The notes under the pieces are model-generated. The model ran no database searches and was not told where the DNA came from. It worked only from the letters and a program-made list of their open reading frames with translations. A DNA stretch of 64,000 bases from Glycera tridactyla (taxonomy: Eukaryota). Shown here in pieces: positions 51,133 through 62,357 of this stretch. Every line of letters begins with the position of its first letter. Position 1 is the stretch's first letter. The position numbers and the translations under genes were made by a program. The stretch spans positions 114,886,001 to 114,950,000 of the forward strand of contig OZ286461.1 of assembly GCA_965644265.1 (NCBI GenBank). The letters are read 5' to 3'.

Positions 51133-53100
51133 CTACTCCTGACTTGATTTGCTATCGGAGTAAATGATGCGCTTCACTCTCCGATAGCTTGACTGATGGT
51201 GTGTCACGTACGTGTTCTTCACAATGACTTGTTCGATGTTGCAGTTCTGAAACATGCTGGCACTGCTGCACATCTGCCGATTGACGGACACTTGCTGCTG
51301 CTTTGTTGCAACGGACTGACTGTTGGCAAACAACTCTTCGTTCTGTTGAATACGGATTGGTGACTGACTCGAATGCAGCTGTTGCCTTCCAAGTGGCTGA
51401 GGTACTTCATCGACGGCAATGGGACGAGATGGCTGGGTTGAAGGCATCGAGTGAAGGACTTGTGGAACTGTAGATGTTGGTCGTTGTGGAACTGTAGATA
51501 TTGGTCGTTGTGGAACTGTAGATGATGGTCGTGCCCAGTGCGAACATCCTGGGGATGGTGTTGATCGGTGAGATGGCACTAGCTGGTTCGATGGTCGGTT
51601 GTCTGAGAGGATATTGGATATGGTGCGCTGCTGGTTTGATGAGATTGAGCTGTAATTCGTTATTGAGTTCACATTTTTGTGTCCTGTTATTTGCATTATG
51701 TGGCTCGGTGGGATATTGTTATCGTTCATTTTTTGGATGGCATACTTCCTAGTCGAGTGGTTGGTGAGACATTTTCCGGTGTCTATTCCAGCATTCTGGA
51801 TCATCTTCTTCATGATGGTTGCTAATTTGGTTTTGCCGATGGGCTGTCTGATGAACCAAGTTTGGTTTGGTCCTGGATTCCGTTGAGTCGTGTTGACGGC
51901 TACATAAAGGGGATCGCTGGCATTACTGTACCCTTCAGGCCGCTTGTTGGCATACTGCTTGTAAGTTTCCACAGGACAGCGTTCTAAATTATCCGGCAGG
52001 GCATAGGCACCAGGACTGACTTTCCGTTGATTAGACACATCAGCACCTGTCCTGGTTTTTGATGCTCGTTCTGTGAATTCGAGGTATTCGCGATTCATGG
52101 TTGAATCGTAGCACAGTTCGATATCACCCCACATTATGCTTCGGTGTTCTCGACAACCTCCACGGCGACCAAACTGAACACGGATGATAAACCACATTGT
52201 ATTGATGATACTACTTGGGGACCAGCACCCAAGTTCTTTTTGTTCGTACAGGAGATCTATTTCTTGGTCTGTCAGTGCTTCCGCTTTCATGGGACCATTC
52301 CCCTTGCCTTGCTGCTTTAGATCTTTTTGTTTACTTTTCAGGCTTGACCTAGTCTTCACAAATGCATGGCCGGACACTAAGCATTCAGAATAGTTCTTCT
52401 TACTTAGGTATCGATTGAATGACCCCAGCATGCTACGTAGAGTCACCGGCTCATAATCACTTCCAGTCTTTGTTCGGACAACCATGAAGAACTTCGCAAG
52501 GTGTTCGTTCAGTTCACTGGGTGGAATGTTTTCCACCAGGCGATCCTCACCACCTGTCAAGAGATATTCTCGGAGGAGGTTCATGTGCCCTCTTGTTTTG
52601 TTTGCTGTCGACTCATTTTCCTTACCTTCAATGAATTCGTCGACTGTCTGATCCACTGCAGCGAATCGTCCTGGTCCTGACTCAATAGGCCTAACTGGTA
52701 CATTCATCACGGGGGAGGGCTCAGTCACAACAATGTCATCAACAAGATCAGCAGCTGCAGTGGCAGCATCTTCTACATCCATGGTATAATCAATCCCACG
52801 CGTGAACTCATCCAAATTGATTGATCTGAAGAACTCATCTTCATCACTGTCCAATGTGTCCATACCTTGTTGGCTACTCTGTGACTTTGCTGATTCATCT
52901 TCTTCCTCCAGAAGGTACCTGGCACATATCCTGACCAGCCCAGTATCAAGCTTGACTCGGTACTCCCGAAATCCCATTGGTGACTCAACATGTATAATAT
53001 TTCCATGGCCGATGACGACTCCAAGATGGTTTTTTAAGGCCACACGGGCACCAACTGGCAAAACTGATGCCATCCTGACAGGAACTGACGTCTGCTGCAC
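51133..53100 (-). CDS. Crypton-type (DUF3504/KIAA1958-like) tyrosine recombinase, intact single-exon ORF; first ATG at 53073 gives 646 aa
   Basis: Uninterrupted 655-codon ORF. Tyrosine recombinase motifs in order: FGRRGG (Arg), SKTRTG (Lys), LTNHSTRK (HxxR), ITGHKN (His), SITNY (Tyr). Family hallmarks: ENESTANKT, LAKFFMVVRTKTGSDYEPVTLRSM, RCPVETYKQYANKRP, WFIRQPIGKTKL and C-terminal FQNCNI. The ATG context is AGGATGG. Confidence 0.92.
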   Translation of the reverse strand: MQQTSVPVRMASVLPVGARVALKNHLGVVIGHGNIIHVESPMGFREYRVKLDTGLVRICARYLLEEEDESAKSQSSQQGMDTLDSDEDEFFRSINLDEFTRGIDYTMDVEDAATAAADLVDDIVVTEPSPVMNVPVRPIESGPGRFAAVDQTVDEFIEGKENESTANKTRGHMNLLREYLLTGGEDRLVENIPPSELNEHLAKFFMVVRTKTGSDYEPVTLRSMLGSFNRYLSKKNYSECLVSGHAFVKTRSSLKSKQKDLKQQGKGNGPMKAEALTDQEIDLLYEQKELGCWSPSSIINTMWFIIRVQFGRRGGCREHRSIMWGDIELCYDSTMNREYLEFTERASKTRTGADVSNQRKVSPGAYALPDNLERCPVETYKQYANKRPEGYSNASDPLYVAVNTTQRNPGPNQTWFIRQPIGKTKLATIMKKMIQNAGIDTGKCLTNHSTRKYAIQKMNDNNIPPSHIMQITGHKNVNSITNYSSISSNQQRTISNILSDNRPSNQLVPSHRSTPSPGCSHWARPSSTVPQRPISTVPQRPTSTVPQVLHSMPSTQPSRPIAVDEVPQPLGRQQLHSSQSPIRIQQNEELFANSQSVATKQQQVSVNRQMCSSASMFQNCNIEQVIVKNTYVTHHQSSYRRVKRIIYSDSKSSQE

Positions 53101-53422
53101 TGTTCTGCACTAAATTGTTCCTTTCCATGTGATTGGCTGATAAATTGCTGAATTTCCCTGGTTCTTGAAAGTAGTCCTGATCAGAAAGTACTACTTTCAA
53201 TTGTAGTAGATTTTTATCAATGGGAGGCAGATGCATAGAAATAGTTCTGGAACTACTTTCCAAATATGGTCATGGTCACTACAAAGTCCAATGAGTAATT
53301 GATTCTGATTGGCTAATATGGCTAGGCTGAAGACTAATTAGCCAATCACCACTTACCTTATTCCAAAAACCTTATCTTGTCCCACTGAGACAAGACAGGC
53401 TTGTCCTGTCCCAGCTGATCTA

Positions 53423-53451
53423 TTTCTCACCCACCGCAGGTGGGTGAGAAA
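53423..53451. other. Perfect palindrome TTTCTCACCCACC-GCA-GGTGGGTGAGAAA (13-bp arms), candidate recombinase site or terminal hairpin
   Basis: Read directly from the sequence. The stem extends imperfectly to GCTGAT...ATCAGC (53414-53462). Confidence 0.85.
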
Positions 53452-53454
53452 GGG

Positions 53455-54640
53455 ATATCAGCGATGGCAGTAGTGATATCGATGCCAGTGGCAGTAGTGA
53501 TGACGATGACTATAGTGGTGACGATGGCAGTGGCAGTGATGATGATGATGACTGTAGTGATGACGATGGCAGTGGCAGTAATGATGATGATGACAGTAGT
53601 GATGACGATGACAAGTGCAGTAGTGATGACGATGCCAGGGGCAGTAGTGATGACGATGACTGTAGTGATGATGATGGCAGTGGCAGTTATGATGACGATG
53701 ACAGTAGTGATGACGATGACTGTAGTGATGACGATGACAGTGGCAGTAGTGATGACGATGACTGTAGTGATGATGATGCCAGTGGCAGTTATGATGACGA
53801 TGACAGTAGTGATGACGATGACGAAGGCAGTAGTGATGATAATGAATGTAGTGATGACGATGACAAGGGCAGTAGTGATGACGATGACTGTAGTGATGAT
53901 GATGCCAGGGGCAGCAATGATGACGATGACAGTAGTGATGACGATGACAGGGGCAGTAATGATGGCGGTGACAGTAGTGATGACGATGACAGGGGCAGTA
54001 GGGGTGAGGATGACAGGGGCGGTAGGGGTGAGGATGACAGGGGCAGTAGAGGGGAGGATGGCAGGGGCAGTAGAGGTGAGGATGACAGGGGCAGTAGAGG
54101 GGAGGATGGCAGGGGCAGAAGGGGTGAGGATGACAGGGGCAGTAGAGGTGAGGATGACAGGGGCAGTAGAGGTGAGGATGACAGGGGCAGTAGAGGGGAG
54201 GATGGCAGGGGCAGAAGGGGTGAGGATGACAGGGGCAGTAGAGGTGAGGATGACAGGGGCAGTAGAAGTGACGATGACCATAGTGATAACGATGTCAGGG
54301 GCAGTAGGGTGAGGATGACAGGGGCAGTAGAGGTGAGGATTGCAGGGGCAGTAGAGGTGAGGATGACAGGGGCAGTAGTGGTGAGGATGACAGTAGAGAT
54401 GACGATGACAGGGGCAGTAGGAGTGACGATGACCATAGTGATAACGATGACAGGAGTAGTAGGGGTGATGAAGACAGTGATGATGATGGTGTCTGGAGCA
54501 GTAGGGGTGATGATGACAGGAGCAGTAGGGGTGATGATGACAGTGATGATGATGGTGTCTGGAGCAGTAGGGGTGATGATGACAGGGGCAGTAGGGGTGA
54601 TGATGACAGTGATGATGATGGTGTCTGGAGCAGTAAGGGG
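53455..54640. repeat. Cryptic (GAY)n-derived repeat with 18-21-bp subunits
   Basis: GGCAGTAGTGATGACGATGAC and AGGGGCAGTAGAGGTGAGGATGAC units. Confidence 0.9.
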
Positions 54641-54977
54641 TGACAATGAGGGCCGAGGATTGCAGAAGCAGTTGGGGCGTGGGTGACGGGGACGGTGAAG
54701 GGGCGTCAGCTGTAGTGGTAGCTGGGGGAGTTGATGGCACATGGAAGTGACATTCAGCTAGCAATCCCTGATGGGTGATGGCATAATGCCCCCTCATCTC
54801 CGCATCACAATTAAGCCATGGCAGCCTGATGCCACTCTTAATTTCCCACTTGTCATGAAACTCAATGCTCAATGCAAGCGCCACTTCAGACAATAGGATC
54901 CTCTTGTCTCCTCAATAGACATTGTCACCATAAACTGGACGGCCAGCCGCCATCCTAATTACTTTGCTATGATGATT

Positions 54978-55060
<83 letters not shown>

Positions 55061-55853
55061 TGATAATAATGATAATGATAATAAATGATACACGTTATAG
55101 AAAGGAAAATGATAATCATGAAAAAAATAATAATGATGACAATGGTGATATTACTGAGATAGTGATGATAATGATAATGAATAGATATATGATCTAATTT
55201 TTTGTTCGGTATTCTCAAAATACCTATATGCATGCTGGCCATCATACATCTTTGACGCAAACACGAACACAGGCATGCCTCTATCCTGACGGGAACACAT
55301 TATTAGGTCGATCCACGAGTGTCTGTGACTTTCATGTTTCACTTTCCGTCCAGGACCCAGGATGTTGAGGGGTCTGGGAGGTCCCCGTCTCGCTATAGCC
55401 AAGCCGGCATACTCACTCATTGATTTTGGATATGTGATCGATTTCCACCACATCACATTGACAACGATCTGAATCCGTACAATTTTATTTCTATTGAAAG
55501 TGGCGATGGAGTGGGGGGGGGGGGGGGGGGCTCGTTATTCCCTGTGCTGGGGACCAAGGGGGAGTACTTGAATATTGCACGACCCTCGAGACCCTTGGAA
55601 TCAACACCATCCAAGTGCTCGCTTTCGAACAAGCTTTTATCTCGGTGGAAGGTCTCGATTTCACTTAAAAACGAAACCAGGACCAGCCTTTTTTTCCGGA
55701 AGTGGCTTGTCAGAAATTGTAGAGGAGAATCATGGTATCATGTGTCACCATTAGGCGAGTCACAAAAAGGACGTCATTGGAGAATGAGCTGCGACTTTGA
55801 CTTGACATTGGGAGCTTGAAGGATGTCGCTTGTTTCGAGGAGAGAGAGCGTGT

Positions 55854-55884
<31 letters not shown>

Positions 55885-55955
55885 GGGCTGATGAATTGGC
55901 TGATGAATTATCCCCAACCATCTTGAGAACATTTCCTTCGCGACATTATCTATTT

Positions 55956-56155
55956 CAGTCGCACCTTCTTCAAAGATCACCTCTCAATTGAGACCACCTC
56001 TCTATGAAGACCTACTCACCGCAAATACCACCCTTAGCTGCGACCGTGGGATTATTGTCTAACAGTAAATAACCTCTCTATTGATGCCACCTCTCTATGA
56101 GGATCACCTCCCTATTAATGCGACCGAAGGCGGTTTCTGTATGAAGGTTCCACTG
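55956..56155. mobile_element. pogo/Tigger-like MITE (diverged)
   Basis: CAGTCGCACCTTC ... GAAGGTTCCACTG|TA, with repeated ACCACCTCTC motifs. Confidence 0.55.
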
Positions 56156-57134
56156 TATCTATAAATCGATGAAATAGTTATGTAATAAATACTCCACCTT
56201 CACATTTGAGTATCGCTGCTGTTCAAGACAGATCATAGCCAGGGTCTCATCTTACTTACTCGTAGGCTGGACATATCCATCTTCTGTCAACAATAGGGTG
56301 ATCTTTGAACCAGAGAGCGCAGGCTCTTATTTTGTGGGTTTTTTATGGACGATGTATGACTGATCTTTATTTTGCCTCACTTGCCTGCTCACCCCCTTGG
56401 GCGAATGAGATTGGTTGGTTGGTTTGTTGGTTAGTTCACGTCCTGTGAGCTTTATTTATACTATTTTTATATGCCCATACCATGGACATGGGTGGGATCA
56501 CTCAAGAATCCGCCATCGATCTGGGTCCCCAATAGAAGGTGAGAATTTAGGAAATTCACAGACAAGTTTCATTTCTGGTTTCAGAAAAAGTTGACAACCG
56601 TTGATTTTTTTAACATGGGATTGATTCAGGTGGCCGCTACAGAGTTAGAGGCCGTTGACCACTGGTCACAGTAAGAGTTCAGACCGTCCAATATCAACGT
56701 ACGTGTCGTGGGGTAGATGCAGTGGATATCCTCCATGTTTGCTTTTTCAGGCCAGTCAACATTGATCATCGGCTGAATAAATACAGACAGCAGGTTATTT
56801 GCAGCATCCATGCGGACTCAGGATTCTGCTACGTGATCGAGATGCTTGGAAATGGTAATACCATGGTAATCAAGCACATGTTTATAAACGAAAATCACCC
56901 TCAGATATTTGGCGATTCCTTCCAAACATTCCCGACTTTTAGTTCTTGTTTAGAAAGGATACTAATCTCCTGAAGATATATTCAATCATCACCTTGACCA
57001 CACTAGACGTGGTTGTCTTTCTGTAGCTATCTAATTATGAAAATTACGAGTTATTACGATGAGTGACAATGTGCCAACGGCGTCGTTTTTGGGAAAAAAG
57101 AATGTCTATTTAAGTCTTTGTATTTGTTCATACC

Positions 57135-57303
57135 GTCGCCATCTGTTCCCCATCATTTTGTGTTCAGGGTTTGTGTAAATGCAGCCTAAATGGGACAGAA
57201 CATTCAGCTTTCATTGACCAATAAAATACGGCATAGGCCTACATAATTTTTTTCGGGTTAATACATGACGTTGAACATCAATCAATCAATCAATCAATCA
57301 ATC
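57135..57303 (+). mobile_element. SINE-like repeat, family A, with (ATCA)n tail
   Basis: CATCATTTTGTGTTCAGGGTTTGTG..AGCTTTCATTGACC..ATACATGACGTTGAAC(ATCA)n. Confidence 0.65.
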
Positions 57304-59294
57304 GATCACTTTTGATTCATTTTATAACCCACCATCATCCTCATTCAATATGTGTTTTCGATATGTGTGTTTGCATTTTGTACGACCCGTGCGAGGTCCT
57401 TTTGTGAAGTATTCGTCTCATGCGATAAAATTCGTATTATCTTGACTTATCATTTCCCCTCCTTGAGTCACCCATATGAGATGTCACGATGTTTTGGGTC
57501 ACCTTTCACGATGTCTTAGAGGCTCATATCACATAGCCACGAATTTCCAATTTGTCAAATTGTGAAGATCTTTATTTTTCGCATGCAGTAATTCCAAAAC
57601 GTTCCATCATTGGCCTCTGCAACGACATGACAAAGACGAAACATACCACGGTACAGTACTGTGTATTTCATAACTGTGAAGTCAATATGTGCGTATTTGA
57701 AAATTATGAAACATGTATCACGTTTTGTAGTGTGGTTGTGGTGCGGGAATGAGGAGTTTTTTCTCATATCCAACTAAATTTTTTTGACGCCTTTTTGAAG
57801 ATTACATATACTAGAAGAAACTGTATGATAGATAGATAGGACTCTACAATCCCATATACGAAGTCCGGACCGTTATCATAGATGTAGTGATTGATCATTC
57901 AAAATTGAAGCTCGATGCTAAGGGAGCTGTTTTCATCGCTATAGTTCGGCATCATGGATTCCGGATTAAGTTTCACCCAAACCCATTTCGCATGCCTCAT
58001 AGTGGGATTTGATGGTCCGTGGAGCTGTGTTTTCATACCACGTACCACGTATGAAACCCCAAGTTGACTCGATACCATCTGAAGCAATACTCGTGGACTA
58101 TTTTGAGGCCACGAGACATATATCGTGGAATTCTGAGTGCTTATATATCACAGACTAGGCATCAGTCGTGAGATAATATGGAAAATATACCACAGCCTGA
58201 TACAACCTCATCATCATCCATGATCAGATGATTCTGACGTCATGCATTATCCATCATGACATCATTGATTTGAATAGAAACATATTGGACGATCACGATG
58301 GAGTTAGGGATCTTGCAATCGCCGTTGTGACAGTCTTTTAGTTATATTGTATTGAAGGCAACTATAGCAAATGTGAAAGACCACAAAAATGGTGATGTAT
58401 ATGTCACGGTTTTTATCCCATCCGCTGCCCTGATGTTTTCTGTACAATAGCAACCGCCATTTCTCAACAGAGAGGGGGCAATCAGCAAATGGAGACAAGT
58501 TGCCGGGTGGCGGCGGAATTTCAAATGCGTGTTTTATCGGGAGTCGGATGCTATTCGCAGATGATGCTAATCCATTCGACCTGGACTCTGGAAGTTTTGT
58601 GTTTATCTTTCCATAAGTACACATGACTGTCAGACTAATGAGACAAAAAGCGATATCGTATACCAAAATGATACAACACTGTCCTACCGAGCTGATGCTA
58701 CAGAGGAGGAGTCATTTAAAACTAAATTGCTGGATGCCATTAGTGATTGTGACCAAGCAGATATCACGGGAATACTTGTAAACCTTCTTTGACCAAACTC
58801 CGATCAACCGAACTTTTTTGAAAGAAAAAACGTAATTGGAATATGAATTGGGGGAGAAATCTTCCATATTGTTTGGTAGGTCGGTATCAAGAAACCTGTA
58901 TGTTATTCCCTGCTAGCATAAACACAAGATGATGAAGAACTAGAAAAAACTAGACGTGTAATTAACTTGCAGTTCAGACACACCCCTACCTACCTGTCCT
59001 GAAACCGATGATCCTACCGAGGAATACCTAACTATTTAATGCAGGACACTCCAGTCTAATAGCACTAACACAAGGTGAATGAACCTGATTGGGTGAATAC
59101 CAAACCACAGCTTTCACTTAGGACCTGCCAATTTTATATCACCCATACAATGACTTCACACTTCTTCTGAGGGAACACACAACATATACAATCCTCTAGG
59201 TTGATACTTGCCGTTAAGCCTGGACCAACCAACCGACCTTCTCAGGGGGTTCTGCAGAAATGATTCCATTAGATACAACTCTGGCGGAATCATT

Positions 59295-59700
59295 TTACGA
59301 AACTCTGTCAAATCCAAATGGGGCGGGTACAGTTCACATGATAAATTCGACATTTTTCGTCCGATCTGATTTTGATAGCACAAATGTATTGAATAGGTCT
59401 TCCAGCAGTTATCGAACCTGGTTTCAGATAGACTGCGTGCTTTTGGAGAGGATTACGCCATCATTTCATTGAAATATTTCGGCGAATCCGGAATTATCAA
59501 TGAAAATTTGTGAGTGAAACAGTGAGGATTCGGCCGCCGCACTCGCTGTGAGATCAGCGTGAAATGGACATATTTGATGATCTAGGGTGATATAAACAAG
59601 GGGAAATTGCCGAGATCACGTTTCCAGTCGCCAGAGATGTCAAAAATGTCTGCTGCCATTGGGTTTCATTTGAATTCAATCCGATGTGGATTCGCGATGT
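59295..59700 (+). mobile_element. MITE-like repeat, family B (right end truncated)
   Basis: AAACTCTGTCAAATCCAAATGGGGCGGGTAC..GGATTACGCCATCATTTCATTG..GGAGATGTC-like interior. Confidence 0.6.
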
Positions 59701-59984
59701 TAGGACTGTAGTGAAGCAATCAGCGGGATATTATGGCGACGGGGAGGAGGAGGTGAGGTCGATGGTCGTTCACGTATAAAATATGAATGCAGTGGACATT
59801 CGACTCCATAATTACATTCCTCCTCTGATTATATTCCAGTCAATACCTCTCTCAATCGCCCCGATTGTGTGTAGGCCAGATTGCCGAGCTTACTCTAAGG
59901 ACTGGAGACAGTTCGCCCGTATTCAGCACCCGTTCCTCGAAGCATGGATACTTCATATTGTCTGTGTACATAGTTGGATATGCC

Positions 59985-60208
59985 ATAATAAGGTTCATTG
60001 TGCATGTTGTGAAGTTAGAGATGTGTCTGAACGGGCAGCTATTTCTACTCGACACCCTTACAGCTTCCCCATCATCTCGTATTCAGGGTTTGTGAGAGTG
60101 ATGTCTGCAGGGGAGAGAACATCTAGCTTTCATAATTCATTGACAAGGAATACACGGCATACATTATCCTGTGGGTTGGTACATGCCGTTAAAAGTCAAA
60201 CGAGCAAA
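59985..60208 (+). mobile_element. SINE-like repeat, family A
   Basis: Full core ending GGTACATGCCGTTAAAAG. Partial copies also occur at ~28195-28400(-), ~38850-38965(-) and ~59165-59232(+). Confidence 0.72.
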
Positions 60209-61396
60209 CATATTGTCCGGGATTCTTTCTTCATGTTGGGGTGCGTCTCAATATCGCCCAAGAGGTGCTGACGAGACGTACGACAACCAAACAGGTAGCG
60301 ATTGCTTAATGTTGCTCATAAACGGTTTTTATCATTCATTTTTCCTGGTGAAAATTATAGGTGGATTTAAAGGTAATATGGCTGTGGAGAAATTAAATGG
60401 AATTTGTGACTGGATCCTATTTGAACATGGAAAGGCGAGAGTGAATATATAAAGCGAACGAAGCAAATGCTTGTAGATGCGGGAATCAGACTCTTTAGGA
60501 CGGTTTGTGCTCTAGAAACATCTCAAAATTCTGATCGAGATTGAATCAGTTGGTGCCTGTTCGATGGGCGAGAACAGATCGTCGCTGTGAAGGGAACAAC
60601 AAAAGAATATCCATGACCTTTGATGGGCTGGAAGTCACCGGAAAATATCAGAAATTGATATCATCAAAACTGCTCCAAAAGTCACATCTTCACAAATGCC
60701 ACTTGCCTACATAGGCAACCTTCTTGACTCAGCTGTGTAGCTAAGGATGAATAGTTGACTTAAGAAAAAAGGAGGACGCCGAAAAACAAGACTATCATAG
60801 TGCAGACAAATGATGTCAAGTTTGCCATTATCACGACCTCGGGATAAAGTATGCGTGCTCTCATGTACAAACTATTAATAATTGACTGCCGCAGTAGGCA
60901 ACGACCAATAAACAAAGACGCATATTGGAGGTCAGACCATGGTTGCGTCCCCGGTTATCGCCCAGTCTAATGAAAGAAGATGGCTCCGTTGCACGTCACC
61001 TGGCGGCCATTTCACAAAGGTTGGTGGTGCACCCAAAATGGCATGGATGCTCTCAAGTACTACGGTTTTCTGGGATATTGAGAGACCCTATGGTATTTTG
61101 AATGCACCTAAACCCTAGATGGAACGACCCCATAGTCACCAGTCAATATATGGGCTTCTGCAATAATGCCTGAAAATATGATGCAGTCAGGAAAGTCACT
61201 AATGAAAATAACCATCCGACCTACAGGCTGAGCCTCACACCTGGGATTATATATACGTCAATCTCTGAAACTTCCCACCCTAAATCATCGATGTTGTTTT
61301 CTTCAACGCTCAGAGGTTGTTGTCCTGCAAAGTAGGCTTCTGAAAAAGTAGTACTGCTGAGGGTGTATCCAGCGACACATCCTCCCTCTATGTATA

Positions 61397-61640
61397 CAGT
61401 CGCACCTGTCTACAATTACCATCATCGGTCACATCACAAGGTGCCTTTCTGCAGAGATGGCCTTTGTAGAAAGGTCATTCATTGTGAAAGATATTCTCAT
61501 GGTCGCAGCTCAGGGTGGCTTTTGTAGGCAGTTGTCCCTTCTATAGAGGTCATTTATTGTAGAATAAACTCCCGGCCGGACTTCAAAGTGGCCTGTGGGG
61601 GGGGGGGGGCTTCTGGATAGTGGTGGCTTCTCGAGTAGGT
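61397..61640. mobile_element. pogo/Tigger-like MITE (diverged right end)
   Basis: Starts TA|CAGTCGCACCTGTC. It shares the internal ATGGTCGCAGCTCAGGGTGG segment with the 4613 copy. Confidence 0.55.
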
Positions 61641-62179
61641 TATATTCTGAACTGTCTATAATTCGGCATTCACTTCCGATGACCAAAATTTAATATTATA
61701 CTGAAACTATGGGGTTAGCTGGTGATTATCATTGCATTTCAGGGATGAAATGCAATTCCTGTATAAAAATACAATCTTGTCCATCTACTGGATTCATTTA
61801 TTCATTCTATGGCCCATCGACCACTGGCCCTGAACTACCTCTTGCGTTAAATTAAATTTACATTAATCGAATTTAAACGTAAGTCCCGGTCTCAGACCAA
61901 CCTAACGCCAGCGCTAATCTTGTTGCATGTACATGTTATGAGGATTAGTAGGTGATAACAGCATGGTCTATGATGCACTAAACCAGGACAACCATCATCA
62001 GAATACTGCTGCTAGAATCATCTCGAAAACTGATAGGTATCTCAACGTTGCCGAGATGTGCCGAAGAAGGGAAATAGAACAGAAATGCATGGAGATTGGG
62101 TAGAGAGGATGCTATTTCACCTGGTGGGTGCTGTCATGGTATCTAACGAGGTCCAATGGTGGGAAAAGTGAGGGAACTA

Positions 62180-62357
62180 CAGTAGAATCTACTTGGGAGA
62201 CCACCACCCTCTAAAGACCACGTGCCTGTTAAGGCCACCCTGATCTGTGACCGTGATATAATTTTCAACGGTAAATGAGATCTCTATGGAGACCACGTGC
62301 CTTTAAAGTCTAATGTTTTATGCGTTATTAGGTGGTCATTATAGACAGGTTCGACTG
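62180..62357. mobile_element. pogo/Tigger-like MITE
   Basis: TA|CAGTAGAATCTAC ... AGACAGGTTCGACTG. Confidence 0.6.

Larger units (their letters stand above)
50900..53462 (-). mobile_element. Crypton-like tyrosine-recombinase DNA transposon (boundaries uncertain; may extend left to ~49292)
   Basis: The recombinase ORF has a hairpin-rich 5' region ending in a palindrome at 53414-53462. A short direct-repeat region lies 3' of the ORF (CAACTGTTGCTCCCAATGTC / CAACTGTGGCTCCCCAATGTC, ~50926-51010). No classical TIR/TSD pair was found. Confidence 0.6.

Noticed and set aside
52184-53113. Short ORFs antisense to or overlapping the recombinase
   Set aside because: They are shadows of the long ORF with no independent coding signal.
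58548-58565. MLFADD reverse-transcriptase-like motif
   Set aside because: There is no upstream QGSxLxP motif or other RT context, so it is probably chance.
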